Source: an uncultured Collinsella sp. (GTDB lineage: Bacteria; Actinomycetota; Coriobacteriia; Coriobacteriales; Coriobacteriaceae). From it: DNA of 64,000 nt. The stretch lies in the NCBI GenBank assembly GCA_900761995.1, contig CAAFEY010000184.1:458-64457 (forward strand). The letters are read 5' to 3'. Below are positions 1 through 9,753 of this stretch, piece after piece. The position numbers were made by a program, and so were the translations under genes. The first letter of the stretch is position 1. Each line of letters starts with the position of its first letter. The notes under the pieces are model-generated. The model did no database searches and was not told the DNA's origin. It saw nothing but the letters and a program-made list of their open reading frames with translations.

Positions 1-2
1 AC

Positions 3-1124
3 CTGCCCGATTACTCTGCCGCCATCGATCTGTACGAGGGTTGCCCGCAGACGACGGGCCGCTGGCTCGTCATTGCCGAATACGCCGCGCCCAAGACCAT
101 CGACCCCGCACTGGCCCAGGCCCGTATGCTCGATATTCTGGCCATCGCGCCGCGTATCCTGGATGTTCCGGCCGAGCACGTGCACGCCAAGGCCCGCATG
201 CGTTCGCGCGGCGGCTCGCAGTACGGCAAGCAGGGCGTCGGCAAGGGCGCATCGGGCGAGCGCGCCAACATCGCGCGCCGTCGTCTGCCGCTCATCGAGG
301 AGGGCGGCCTTACCTTTGCCGTCAACTTTGACGACTACCTGGACGTCGGTATCTTCCTGGACCACCGCGTCACCCGCAACCTGGTACGCGAGCACGCCAA
401 ACAGGCGCGCCGCTTCCTCAATCTGTTCGCCTACACTGGCACCGCCACCTGCTACGCGGCAGATGGCGGCGTCGAGGAGACCGTGACGGTCGACCTCTCC
501 AACACCTATCTGGACTGGGCCGAGCGCAACATGCGCCAGAACGGCTTTGTGGGGCCTCAGCATCATTTTGTGCGCGACGACGTACTCGCTTGGATTCGCG
601 ACCAGCGCCAGACGCGCAACCGCTGGGACCTGATCTTTGTCGACCCGCCCACGTTCTCGAATTCGTCCAAGATGGGCCGCCGCACCTGGGATGTCCAGCG
701 CGACCATGTTGAGCTTTTGGCCGGCGTATCGCGCCTGCTCGCGCAGGGCGGCCATGCCATCTTTAGCTGCAACCTGCGCGGCTTCCGCCCCGAAACGCGC
801 AAGCTCGCCCGCGCGGGCGTGGTGCTACAGGACATAACGGCGCAGACCATCCCCGAGGATTTCGCACGCAACCAGAAGGTGCACCATTGCTATATCGTGC
901 GCCGCCTGCCCATCGAGGACGCCATGGCCGAGGTCGGCTTTAGCGCCGAGGAGATTGCCGAGCGAACCGAGGAGCTGCGCAACCCCGAAACCCGCAAGCC
1001 TCGCGCAACGGCGCCCGCGCACGCGCAGGCCGGCGACCGAGGGCCGCGCGGCGACGGCAAACCCTCCCCTACCGGTAAGCCCAAAAAGAAGAAGTTCTAC
1101 GCCAGCAAGCCCAAGGGCAAATAA
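3..1124 (+). CDS. rlmKL: Bifunctional 23S rRNA methyltransferase RlmKL, C-terminal part (5' end outside the window)
   Basis: The frame is open from position 3 (LPDYSAAIDLY...EYAAPKTID). It carries DYLDVGIFLDHR, FLNLFAYTG (SAM binding) and DLIFVDPPTFSNS, typical of the RlmK domain. Confidence 0.9.
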   Translation: MPDYSAAIDLYEGCPQTTGRWLVIAEYAAPKTIDPALAQARMLDILAIAPRILDVPAEHVHAKARMRSRGGSQYGKQGVGKGASGERANIARRRLPLIEEGGLTFAVNFDDYLDVGIFLDHRVTRNLVREHAKQARRFLNLFAYTGTATCYAADGGVEETVTVDLSNTYLDWAERNMRQNGFVGPQHHFVRDDVLAWIRDQRQTRNRWDLIFVDPPTFSNSSKMGRRTWDVQRDHVELLAGVSRLLAQGGHAIFSCNLRGFRPETRKLARAGVVLQDITAQTIPEDFARNQKVHHCYIVRRLPIEDAMAEVGFSAEEIAERTEELRNPETRKPRATAPAHAQAGDRGPRGDGKPSPTGKPKKKKFYASKPKGK

Positions 1125-1193
1125 CAAAGTTGCGGTGGAATACGGACTGTTTTGCCTGGAATTAGGCAGATTTAGACCGTATTTCACCGCAAC
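1125..1193. repeat. Dispersed hairpin repeat, family A copy 1
   Basis: Arms GTTGCGGTGGAATACGG (1129-1145) and CCGTATTTCACCGCAAC (1177-1193). A second copy lies at 34509-34576. Confidence 0.85.
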
Positions 1194-1218
1194 TCATAGT
1201 GGGATGGTGATTGGCAAT

Positions 1219-1932
1219 CTAGCCTTGGGTGACTAGGCGGTAGCCAATGCCTACGTGCGTTTGGATATAGCGCGGATGCGCGGGGTCGGACTCGATCTTC
1301 TTACGCAACGTGCCCATAAAGACGCGCAGGCTCGCCAGGTCGCTCTTGGTCGCCGTGCCCCAAATCTCGTGCAAAATAAACTGGTGCGTGAGCACCTTGT
1401 CGGCGTTGTGTGCCAGCAGGCACAGGAGCTTATACTCGATCGGCGTCAGGTGCAGCTCCTCGCCGTCCATCGTGGCGATGCCGGCGTCAAAGTCGATATG
1501 CAGCTCACCGGTATCGAATGTGCCCTCGGACGCACCCATGCCAACCTGCGCATACGAAAGACGCCTGAGCGTCGTGCGAATGCGCGCGAGCAGCTCCTCG
1601 ACCGAAAACGGCTTGGTCAGGTAGTCGTCGGCGCCGGCATCGAGCGCGCGAATCTTGTCCGCGTCCTCGCTGCGCGCCGAGACCACAATGATTGGCATGC
1701 CCGACCATGTGCGCACCGACTCCACCACCTTGACGCCGTCCATATCGGGTAGGCCCAGATCGAGCAGCACAATGCTCGGTGCCTGCGACGAGGCGGCGGC
1801 GATGGCGGCATGGGCGGTCTCAACGGCCATGTGGCGCAGACCGTGCGCCTCGAGCGCGGCAACGATAAGGTTGCGGACGGCGGGATCGTCCTCAACGACC
1901 AAGATGAGCGGTTTTACGGCAGAGTTCGGCAC
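1219..1932 (-). CDS. kdpE: KdpE-like OmpR-family response regulator
   Basis: ILVVEDD, LLDLGLPDMDG, DKIRALDAGADDYLTKPF and KKIESDPAHPRYIQTHVGIGY. GTG start at 1932 follows AAGGAG. Confidence 0.88.
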   Translation of the reverse strand: MPNSAVKPLILVVEDDPAVRNLIVAALEAHGLRHMAVETAHAAIAAASSQAPSIVLLDLGLPDMDGVKVVESVRTWSGMPIIVVSARSEDADKIRALDAGADDYLTKPFSVEELLARIRTTLRRLSYAQVGMGASEGTFDTGELHIDFDAGIATMDGEELHLTPIEYKLLCLLAHNADKVLTHQFILHEIWGTATKSDLASLRVFMGTLRKKIESDPAHPRYIQTHVGIGYRLVTQG

Positions 1933-1936
1933 GGCG

Positions 1937-3562
1937 TTACTCCTTATCAAACGAAACATCGGCGACGGGAAGCTCAATCGTAAAGACCGAGCCGTGCGGG
2001 TCCGCCGCGGCAACCTCTATGCTACCGCCATGCGCCAACGCAATGGAGCGGCAGAGCGAAAGACCCAGGCCCACGCTGCGATGGCTGTCAGCAAGACCGT
2101 GGTTGGCGGTGTAGAACGACTCAAAGATCCGCTCGCGGTCCTCGGGCGCGATGCCCGGGCCGTCATCGGCCACCGAGCACGCCACGCATCCATCGTCGAC
2201 GCCAATCGAAATCACGATATGCGAGCCTGCGGGCGTATAGGCGATGGCGTTATTCACCAGGTTCACCACGAGCTGTACCATCAGACGCGCGTCGACGTTG
2301 ACGAGCGCCGGCTCATCGCACGGCACCACCTTAAGGTCGTGCTCGCGCACGGCCGGGTTCACGTGGCGCAGCGCCTCCTCGACGATATCGTCCATGAGCT
2401 CGAGCGTTGTCGACAGATGCATGCCGCCGCCCTCGAGCTTGGTGATGGCAAGCAGGTTCTCGACAGTGGCGTTGAGCCACAGCGCATCCGAGCGAATGGA
2501 TAGCAGCAGGCCGCGGCGCGTCTGGGCATCGAGCACCGCGGTGCCGGTCGAGCCCTGGTCGAGCAGCACGTCGGCATTGCCCGAAATACTGGTAAGCGGC
2601 GTGCGCAGATCGTGCGAAATCGAGCGCAGCAGGTTGGCGCGCAGCTGTTCGTTTTTGGCGAGCACCGCCGCCTCCTCGCGGGCCTCCATGGCGCGGGCGC
2701 GATCGAGTGCCAGCTCGCCTTCGCTCACGATGGCATCGGCAAGTGTTCGCTCCTCGTGCGTCAGCACGTCGGGCTCGGCAACGATAGCCAGCACGCCCAC
2801 CACCGAGGCGGGGTCGCCCGAGCGCGCGAAGCCGTCGCCTGTGCGAACCGTCAGGTAGATGCCATAAAACGCCGAGCCGCCAAACGTGGCGTCGAGCGGC
2901 GTTCCCACATAGGCGGACGCCGAGAGCCGCGGCGGCATCTGCGGCGCCAGTTCGTGCACCGGTGCGGCATCGCCCACGGCCGTGTATGTCGCACGCGGCA
3001 GCAGGTCATCGCCCTCGGCATCGGCGCTGTACCACACGACCGGACAGCCCGAAAGGCGCGCCAGCTGCGTTGCCATGGCGTGAACGATCTGCTGCTCGTC
3101 GGCGCACCGCTGCAGCATGCGGTTGGTCTCGAGCACCATATGCGTGCGGCGGTCGCTGGCGGCAGCCTGTGCCAAGGCGCGGCGCAGGGCCAACGCAATC
3201 GAGCTCGACACAAGCGAGACCACGAACATGATGAAGAACATGCCGGGATAGCCGCGGTCGATAAGCGACAGCGAGTAGCGCGGGTCGACAAACAAGAAGT
3301 TGTAGAGCGCCACGGCGGCAGCCGAGCTCAGCAAGCAATACAGGCGACTCCAGGTAAAGAATGCGCACAGCTGAACGGCGAACACATAGACGATCATGAT
3401 GCTCGGCGCGAGACCCGGATGGTCGAGCAGCGCGCCCACAATCGTCGCCGCGACCAGCAGCCCCACCGATACGCAGGCGTCATACAGAGGAGTGCGGCGC
3501 GTCAGCGTTGTGCGCCGCCACCAAAAGCTATCGGCAATATCGCCGTCCGTACGGACGTCCAT
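1937..3562 (-). CDS. kdpD: KdpD-like sensor histidine kinase lacking the N-terminal cytoplasmic domains
   Basis: Four TM segments (YNFLFVDPRYSL), H-box EQLRANLLRSISHDLRTPLTSI, and HATPase N/G boxes. Adjacent to kdpE. Confidence 0.85.
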   Translation of the reverse strand: MDVRTDGDIADSFWWRRTTLTRRTPLYDACVSVGLLVAATIVGALLDHPGLAPSIMIVYVFAVQLCAFFTWSRLYCLLSSAAAVALYNFLFVDPRYSLSLIDRGYPGMFFIMFVVSLVSSSIALALRRALAQAAASDRRTHMVLETNRMLQRCADEQQIVHAMATQLARLSGCPVVWYSADAEGDDLLPRATYTAVGDAAPVHELAPQMPPRLSASAYVGTPLDATFGGSAFYGIYLTVRTGDGFARSGDPASVVGVLAIVAEPDVLTHEERTLADAIVSEGELALDRARAMEAREEAAVLAKNEQLRANLLRSISHDLRTPLTSISGNADVLLDQGSTGTAVLDAQTRRGLLLSIRSDALWLNATVENLLAITKLEGGGMHLSTTLELMDDIVEEALRHVNPAVREHDLKVVPCDEPALVNVDARLMVQLVVNLVNNAIAYTPAGSHIVISIGVDDGCVACSVADDGPGIAPEDRERIFESFYTANHGLADSHRSVGLGLSLCRSIALAHGGSIEVAAADPHGSVFTIELPVADVSFDKE

Positions 3563-3590
3563 CAGCGCCCCGCCCCTCTCTCAAAAACAA

Positions 3591-3642
3591 AAACCACCAC
3601 AAAGGGACAGGCACCTTTGTGGTGGTTTCCCTTGTGGTGGTT
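3591..3642. repeat. GGGACAGG-loop hairpin repeat, family B variant 1
   Basis: AAACCACCACAAAG-GGACAGGCA-CCTTTGTGGTGGTTT followed by a duplicated right arm. Near-identical copy at 53139-53175. Confidence 0.8.
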
Positions 3643-3674
3643 CCAAGTGTAAAGCCTTCTACGACCGGCGGTCG

Positions 3675-3869
3675 CTAGACAAACAGCACGTGTGCGAGCA
3701 GCGCGCAAACGCACGCCGCGACAAGCAGCGTCACCACGATCGAGATCACGCGGTCGGCCATGTCCATGTTGGCACGATTCGTAAAGAACCGATCTTCGGC
3801 GGTGTCGACGCGCGCCTCACGCACCAGCTCGGCCGCAAGATCGCGACCGTCAAGCACCTTTGCATCCAT
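3675..3869 (-). CDS. Small 64-aa membrane protein between kup and kdpD
   Basis: Strong RBS GGGAGGAAACC-ATG and a C-terminal hydrophobic helix VISIVVTLLVAACVCALLAHVLFV. Confidence 0.65.
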   Translation of the reverse strand: MDAKVLDGRDLAAELVREARVDTAEDRFFTNRANMDMADRVISIVVTLLVAACVCALLAHVLFV

Positions 3870-3938
3870 GGTTTCCTCCCAGGACTCAATCCCCGTCAAT
3901 ACAAGCCCGCCCGTTCGCAGACAAACCTCGAGCGTCGA

Positions 3939-5966
3939 CTACGGCCGCTCGTTGGGAGCCAGGCGTTGCATCTTGTTCACGGCCTTGAACTTGGTGAACA
4001 GCGGCACGTACTCAAAGCTCACGTTGGAGTTCTCCAGGCCGTACCAGCGTGCAGGCGTGCCGGCGGCGCGACGAATGATGTACTTGAGCGTGATGGCCGT
4101 ACGCTCGCTCGGCTCCACATCGCTTTCGGGCGCCAGAAGCTTACGGATCAGGACGAACTTGAACGTACCGATGTTGCCCGGATCCTTGTAGACCGAGTAG
4201 TCATGCGTCTGCGCCGGCAGCTCGCCGGTGGCAGCCAGGTCCTGAACGACTTGACGCAGGTAGGCATTGACGCGCTGGTTAATCTTGTAGCCCAGGTACA
4301 GATGCACGCGGAACACGTAGTCGGTGCCGAACGTCTCGACCGAATAGGCAAAGGTATGCGGTTCGTCCATGGTCTCGACATTCACGAACCACCAGGCGCG
4401 AGCGCGCTTGGGATGCTTGTCCAAGATCGAGTAGACGATATCACGGTCGATGTAATCGGTATGGGTGTCCTTGGTCAGGTACACGATGTTGTCGCTCAGG
4501 CGCTCGTAGCGATCATCATCGCGCAGGCGCTTGAGCTGCGGCAGGTAGCTGCGCAGCGGCAGCAGCGTAAACTGGCGCTGCTCAACAGCCGTACCGTTGT
4601 ACCAGCACACCATGATGCCCATGATGAGCGCGGCCATGAGGATGGTGAAGTAGCCGCCGTGGAAGAACTTGGTGAGTGAGCTCACGAAGAAGAAGCCTTC
4701 GAGCAAAAGGAAAAAAGCCGCGAAGATCCACGGAGCAACCTTGAGCTTGCGCTCCTCGTGCAGGTAGAAGAAGAGCAGCAGCGTGGTGCACATCATAGTC
4801 AGCGTAATGGCAAGGCCGTAGGCGGCTTCCATATGCGCCGAGTTCTGGAACAGCAGCACCACGATGACGCAGCCGACAAGCATGACGTTGTTGACCATGG
4901 GGATGTAGAGCTGGCCCTTGGTCTCGGCAGGGTAGAAGACCTGCATGTGCGGCATGAGATCCAGACGGCTGGCCTCGGACACCAGCGAGAATGCGCCGGT
5001 GATGAGCGCCTGCGAGGCGATGATGGCCGCGACGGTGGAAAGGCCTACGGCAAACGGGCGCAGGCCCGGGGCGAGCATCTGGTAGAACGGGTTGAGATCG
5101 GCAATGCCCATGAGCTCGGGGTTGGCAGCGTTGTTCATAAGCCAAGCGCCCTGGCCCATATAGGAAAGCAGCAGGCAGCACTTAACGAACGGCCAGGTAG
5201 CGTAGATGTTGCCGCGGCCGACGTGGCCCATGTCGGAGTAGAGCGCCTCGGCACCGGTGGTGGCGAGGAAGCAGCTGCCCAGGATCATGATGCCCGCGTG
5301 GTTGTTGGGGCTCAGCAAAAAGGCGATGCCGCGCACCGGGTTGAGGCACAGCAGCACGGCGGGGTGCTGGAAGACAAAGAACAGACCCGTGCCGCCCAGG
5401 AACAGGAACCACAGCGTCATGATGGGGCCAAAGGCGTGACCGATCTTGGCCGTACCGATGCGCTGTACCAAGAAGAGCACGATGATGATGGCGAGCGTAA
5501 TGGCGACGACGCGGCCTTGGTCATCGCCCAGCACGGCATGGACCGCCGGGATGGTGCGCAGGCCCTCGATGGCCGTGGTAACGGTAACAGCCGGCGTCAG
5601 GATGCCGTCGGCGAGCAGCGCGGCGCCACCCAGCATGGCGGGGATGATAAGCCACTTGCCGCAGCGCTTGACCAGGCTGTACAGGGCAAAGATACCGCCC
5701 TCGCCGTGGTTGTCGGCGCGCAGCGAGATCAGCACGTACTTGACGGTCGTCAGCAGCGTGACCGTCCACACGACAAGGGAGAGCGCGCCGAGCACGAACT
5801 CCTCCGTAACGCTTCCGATGCCGCCGTTGCCGGCAACGAGCGCCTTGGTTACATACATAGGGCTGGTGCCGATATCGCCATACACCACGCCCAGCGTGAC
5901 GAGCATCGCCGAGATGCTCACAGGAATCGCAGCGTGCGAGGCTGCCTCCTTGGCCTTTTGTTCCAT
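3939..5966 (-). CDS. kup: KUP/HAK/KT potassium transporter
   Basis: Signatures LGVVYGDIGTSPMY, ADNHGEGGIFALY, TGAEALYSDMGH and IIASQALITG. RBS GGGAGG precedes ATG at 5966. Confidence 0.95.
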   Translation of the reverse strand: MEQKAKEAASHAAIPVSISAMLVTLGVVYGDIGTSPMYVTKALVAGNGGIGSVTEEFVLGALSLVVWTVTLLTTVKYVLISLRADNHGEGGIFALYSLVKRCGKWLIIPAMLGGAALLADGILTPAVTVTTAIEGLRTIPAVHAVLGDDQGRVVAITLAIIIVLFLVQRIGTAKIGHAFGPIMTLWFLFLGGTGLFFVFQHPAVLLCLNPVRGIAFLLSPNNHAGIMILGSCFLATTGAEALYSDMGHVGRGNIYATWPFVKCCLLLSYMGQGAWLMNNAANPELMGIADLNPFYQMLAPGLRPFAVGLSTVAAIIASQALITGAFSLVSEASRLDLMPHMQVFYPAETKGQLYIPMVNNVMLVGCVIVVLLFQNSAHMEAAYGLAITLTMMCTTLLLFFYLHEERKLKVAPWIFAAFFLLLEGFFFVSSLTKFFHGGYFTILMAALIMGIMVCWYNGTAVEQRQFTLLPLRSYLPQLKRLRDDDRYERLSDNIVYLTKDTHTDYIDRDIVYSILDKHPKRARAWWFVNVETMDEPHTFAYSVETFGTDYVFRVHLYLGYKINQRVNAYLRQVVQDLAATGELPAQTHDYSVYKDPGNIGTFKFVLIRKLLAPESDVEPSERTAITLKYIIRRAAGTPARWYGLENSNVSFEYVPLFTKFKAVNKMQRLAPNERP

Positions 5967-6125
5967 AAGCCGGTTTCCTCCCAACTTTAATGTTCGAAGG
6001 GATTATAGATAATCGGCCCATGTTTGAATGGCACTGTTTTCCCAGCTAGATAAACATTTATACGGCCTTTAGGCCACCACGGCGATATGGAATGCGGCAA
6101 AGGGACTGTCCCTTTGCCGCATCTG

Positions 6126-6995
6126 TCATTTTCCGAGCCAATTTTTGAACCACCACTCCATGGAACGGCTCATCTCGGCCATAAAGGGGCTCGTGTGCTT
6201 GCGGGTGTAGATATCCACCACGCGCTCGCCCACCTCGCGGGCATGTGGACGGAACATCGCGTCCATCTCGGCCACCTGCGCGTCCATGGTCGCGGCATCG
6301 GCCCGGCGATAGCGTTCCTCGTGCACCAGGTTCACCACGGGGTGCGCGATTGCCGGGCGCTCTTTGCGAGGCGTGCCGATGATGAGCATCGACAGCGGCA
6401 TGGTATACGGAGGCAGATCCAGCAGCTCGGCCACTTCCTCGGCATTCTCGACGATATCACCGATATAGCAGCTCCCCAAGCCCAGAGCCTCGGCGGCAAC
6501 CACGGCGTTTTGCGCGGCGATCACGGCGTCCTGGGCCGCGATGGCAAAGTCGCCCAAACCCGGCGCGCGGCGGGGCGCCTTGCCCGTACGCTCGACAAAC
6601 TCGGGCTCAAAGCAGCCCACGTGCTCAAACAGATCGATCCACTTGGCATAGTCGACCACAAATATAAGTGCCCAAGGCGCCTTGGCGATCATGGGCTGGT
6701 GATCGCACAGGTCGGCCAGACGGTCCAGCGTAGCCTGCTCGCGAATGCTCACGATGGAATACATCATCATGGCGCCCGCCGACGGTGCGCGACTCGCCGC
6801 ATGCAGAATCGCCGCCCGCTGTTCGTCGGTCACCGCCACGGGGCAACCGTCGTCATCACGCGCGAAGGCACGCGTAGAGGAACGGTGCTCCAAGATGTCC
6901 AGCACCGCATTGCCCGTAGTCTCGACCGGATAGCCGCACGTATCGACCGCCGCTCCATCGCCGCCCATGTCCGCCTTGCAAACCTGCTCGCTCAT
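6126..6995 (-). CDS. NfsA/NfrA-like nitroreductase (flavin reductase)
   Basis: HRSSTRAF, AASRAPSA and DAVIAAQNAVVAAEALGLGSCYIG. Confidence 0.85.
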   Translation of the reverse strand: MSEQVCKADMGGDGAAVDTCGYPVETTGNAVLDILEHRSSTRAFARDDDGCPVAVTDEQRAAILHAASRAPSAGAMMMYSIVSIREQATLDRLADLCDHQPMIAKAPWALIFVVDYAKWIDLFEHVGCFEPEFVERTGKAPRRAPGLGDFAIAAQDAVIAAQNAVVAAEALGLGSCYIGDIVENAEEVAELLDLPPYTMPLSMLIIGTPRKERPAIAHPVVNLVHEERYRRADAATMDAQVAEMDAMFRPHAREVGERVVDIYTRKHTSPFMAEMSRSMEWWFKNWLGK

Positions 6996-7193
6996 CGCCC
7001 TACCCTCGCCATTTCTTTAAGAAGCCTTTACGTTTCCGTGTAATTCCCGTCCATTATCGCGCAGGTCGCCGCTACATTGCGCAACACCGCCACGCACGCG
7101 CGTTATTATGGCTGGTTGTTGTGCGCAGTCACCAAATGCAGCGCATATCTTGGTAACAATCGGGTAAACCCCCGCTTTCGTAGGTTTTAGTTT

Positions 7194-9509
7194 GTGAGGA
7201 GTCTCAGCATGTTCGCTGCCGCCATCTCGCTCGTCGGTCTTGCGGCGACCGTCTACCTTGTCTTGCGCGAGGCCAAGGCCATTCGCGCTCAGTCGGGCAC
7301 CGTTGCCAAAAGCGCTCTTGGGTGGAGCGTCGCCTTCGGCCTGTTCCAGCTCTTTTTGACCATTTGGGGTGCCATTGGCCTCGTCGCCCAAAACGAGCCG
7401 CTCGCCTTTGTGATGCTCATCCTGACCAACGCCATCCTCACCGGATGCGCTTGGGCCAGCATCGCCCGCGACCGCATCGCCCCGCGCGTCTTTGCGTTCG
7501 CCGAGCCCGACGCCCCCGCCCCCACCGGCAAGCTCGCCCGCCTGCGCGGCGCCTTTGTGGGCAAACCGCTCGTCGCCGCCGTCCTGTGCCTGCTGCTCGC
7601 CGGCGTCTTTGCGCTGCTGGGCATGGAGGTCTCGTCCAACCACGACTTTACCTGGGTCTACCCCCTGTGCATCCTGCTCGAGTGGGCCATCATCGCCACA
7701 CTCATGACTGGCTTGTTCTTCCTATTCCAGCGCCACGGCGCAGCTCCCGCGGTCCTGGCCTTTGCCCTCTTTGTCCTGGGCATTGCCGAGTTCTTTGTCA
7801 TCACGTTTAAATCCATGCCCATCCAGCCGGGCGACCTTTCGGCCATCTCCACCGCCGCCGCAGTCGCCGGCACCGGCTACACCTTCTCGATCTCGCTGTT
7901 CTGCGTGCTATCCATGGGCTTTACCGCCATCGCCATGCTGCTGTGCGAGTACGCCGGCCTGGTCGCGCCGCACCGTCAGAAGGGCGCCGCCAACGCCAAG
8001 CGCATGTTGCTCACCAACCTGCTCGTGGCGGTGCTGTGCCTGGGCGGCGTGACCGCGCATGTCGCGCTCATCGACTACTACAATACCCTCGGCATCACCG
8101 TCTACACCTGGCGTCCGCTCGAGAGCTACTGGCGCGAGGGCTATCTGCCTGCCTTTATTAGCGCGGCACAGTCCATCAAGCCGCCCAAACCCGCCGACTA
8201 TTCTGTCGATGACGCCAAGGCCACGCTCAAAAAGTACGCCAAGGCCTACGACAAATCCGACGCGGCCAAGAGCGACGAGCGCGCCGCCGCAAAGGAGCAG
8301 TTCGACAGCGAGAAGCCCACGGTCATCGCTATCATGAACGAGACGTTCTCGGATTTGTCGATCTACCAGAACATGCGCGCCGGCTACGAAGGTCCGCAGT
8401 ACTTTAAGAACCTGTCCAACTGCCTCAGCCGCGGAAAGCTCTACGTGAGCGCCTACGGCGGCGGCACGGCCAATACCGAGTTTGAGTTTATGACCGGCAA
8501 CTCCATGGCCAACCTGGGCTCGGGCGTGTACCCCTACACCATCTACAACATGGAAACGACCGGGAATCTGGCAGAGCAGTTCAAATCGCTCGGCTATTCC
8601 ACCACGGCCATGCACCCCAACCACGCGACCAACTGGAACCGCGAGAACGTCTACAAGGACTTTGGCTTTGACCAGTTCCTGTCCATCAACGATTTCCAAG
8701 GCGCCGATACCCTGCGCGGCATGGTGACCGACCAGGCAACCTACGACAAGATTCTTGAGCTGCTCGACCAGAACGCCGATCCGCAGTTTATCTTCGATGT
8801 GACCATGCAGAACCACTCGGGCTACGACACGGGTCTGCTGCCGGTCGACAAGCAGATGCACCTGAACATCGACACGACCGACCTGGACGCTAAGACCGTC
8901 GAGGACGGCACGCTCTCCGATGTTGACGAGTATGTCTCGTGCATCGAGCAGTCCGACCAAGCGCTGCGTTACTTCCTCAACGCCCTGAGCAAGCTCGACC
9001 GCAAGGTGGTCGTGGTGTTCTGGGGCGACCACCAGCCGTTCTTCCCGTCCAAGTTCAACGATAAGTGGTTTACCGGCGAGGACGACGCCACCCACCAGGA
9101 GCGCTTGTGGCAGACCGACTACATCATTTGGGCTAACTACGACGTTGCCGGTTGTAACCAGACGAGTGAGGTCGACGACCTGTCCACCAACTATCTGTCC
9201 ACCCAGCTGATGCAGCTGATCGGCGCACCACTGACCGACTACCAGAAGGCGCACATGACGCTGCGCGAGTCGCTGCCCGCTATCAACTCGGTGGGCTACG
9301 AGGACGCCAGCCTGCGCTGGGCGCTCTCCTCCAACGTCACCGGTGACGACGCCGCTGCCGCAGCCGCCACCAAGGCGCGCGAGGATTACGCCAAGATGCA
9401 GTACTACGAGATGTTCCGCGACGGCAAGAACGTGTACACCGAGCACTTCCAGACCGAGGCCAACGAGACCGACCCTAACCTGGCGCCGGGTACTACTAAG
9501 ATCAAGTAG
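7194..9509 (+). CDS. LTA synthase-family (LtaS-like) membrane sulfatase-fold protein
   Basis: N-terminal TM helices, IMNETFSD, GGGTANTEFE (catalytic Thr motif), TMQNHSGY and FWGDHQP. Start could be GTG 7194 or ATG 7209. Confidence 0.85.
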   Translation: MRSLSMFAAAISLVGLAATVYLVLREAKAIRAQSGTVAKSALGWSVAFGLFQLFLTIWGAIGLVAQNEPLAFVMLILTNAILTGCAWASIARDRIAPRVFAFAEPDAPAPTGKLARLRGAFVGKPLVAAVLCLLLAGVFALLGMEVSSNHDFTWVYPLCILLEWAIIATLMTGLFFLFQRHGAAPAVLAFALFVLGIAEFFVITFKSMPIQPGDLSAISTAAAVAGTGYTFSISLFCVLSMGFTAIAMLLCEYAGLVAPHRQKGAANAKRMLLTNLLVAVLCLGGVTAHVALIDYYNTLGITVYTWRPLESYWREGYLPAFISAAQSIKPPKPADYSVDDAKATLKKYAKAYDKSDAAKSDERAAAKEQFDSEKPTVIAIMNETFSDLSIYQNMRAGYEGPQYFKNLSNCLSRGKLYVSAYGGGTANTEFEFMTGNSMANLGSGVYPYTIYNMETTGNLAEQFKSLGYSTTAMHPNHATNWNRENVYKDFGFDQFLSINDFQGADTLRGMVTDQATYDKILELLDQNADPQFIFDVTMQNHSGYDTGLLPVDKQMHLNIDTTDLDAKTVEDGTLSDVDEYVSCIEQSDQALRYFLNALSKLDRKVVVVFWGDHQPFFPSKFNDKWFTGEDDATHQERLWQTDYIIWANYDVAGCNQTSEVDDLSTNYLSTQLMQLIGAPLTDYQKAHMTLRESLPAINSVGYEDASLRWALSSNVTGDDAAAAAATKAREDYAKMQYYEMFRDGKNVYTEHFQTEANETDPNLAPGTTKIK

Positions 9510-9528
9510 CGGGTCCTTCGACCTGGTT

Positions 9529-9659
9529 CGTCTGCCCGGCGGCGCGGAATGTTAGGTTCCCTGCTCGGGCAGTCCTGCTCGCACGGAGAGCACATTAAGT
9601 GCTCTCCGGCTCGTGCGGAACTCGCGATGAACCTTACATTCCGCGCCGCCGGGCAGACG
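9529..9659 (+). repeat. Structured nested-hairpin element, family C copy 1
   Basis: 31-bp outer stem with one mismatch, enclosing CGGAGAGCAC-ATTAA-GTGCTCTCCG. Homologous to the reverse complement of 14365-14493. Confidence 0.85.
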
Positions 9660-9753
9660 CCTTGTTGTTGGGACGTGGCTTGTCTTGGGAGTATCTGCAA
9701 CATATATAGATATAGATGAGTTGAAGGCCACGTTGTGTGGCTTTCTTTGTTTG

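Noticed and set aside
5967..6125. c-di-AMP (ydaO) riboswitch upstream of kup
   Set aside because: The region is short and I could not find the conserved riboswitch elements.
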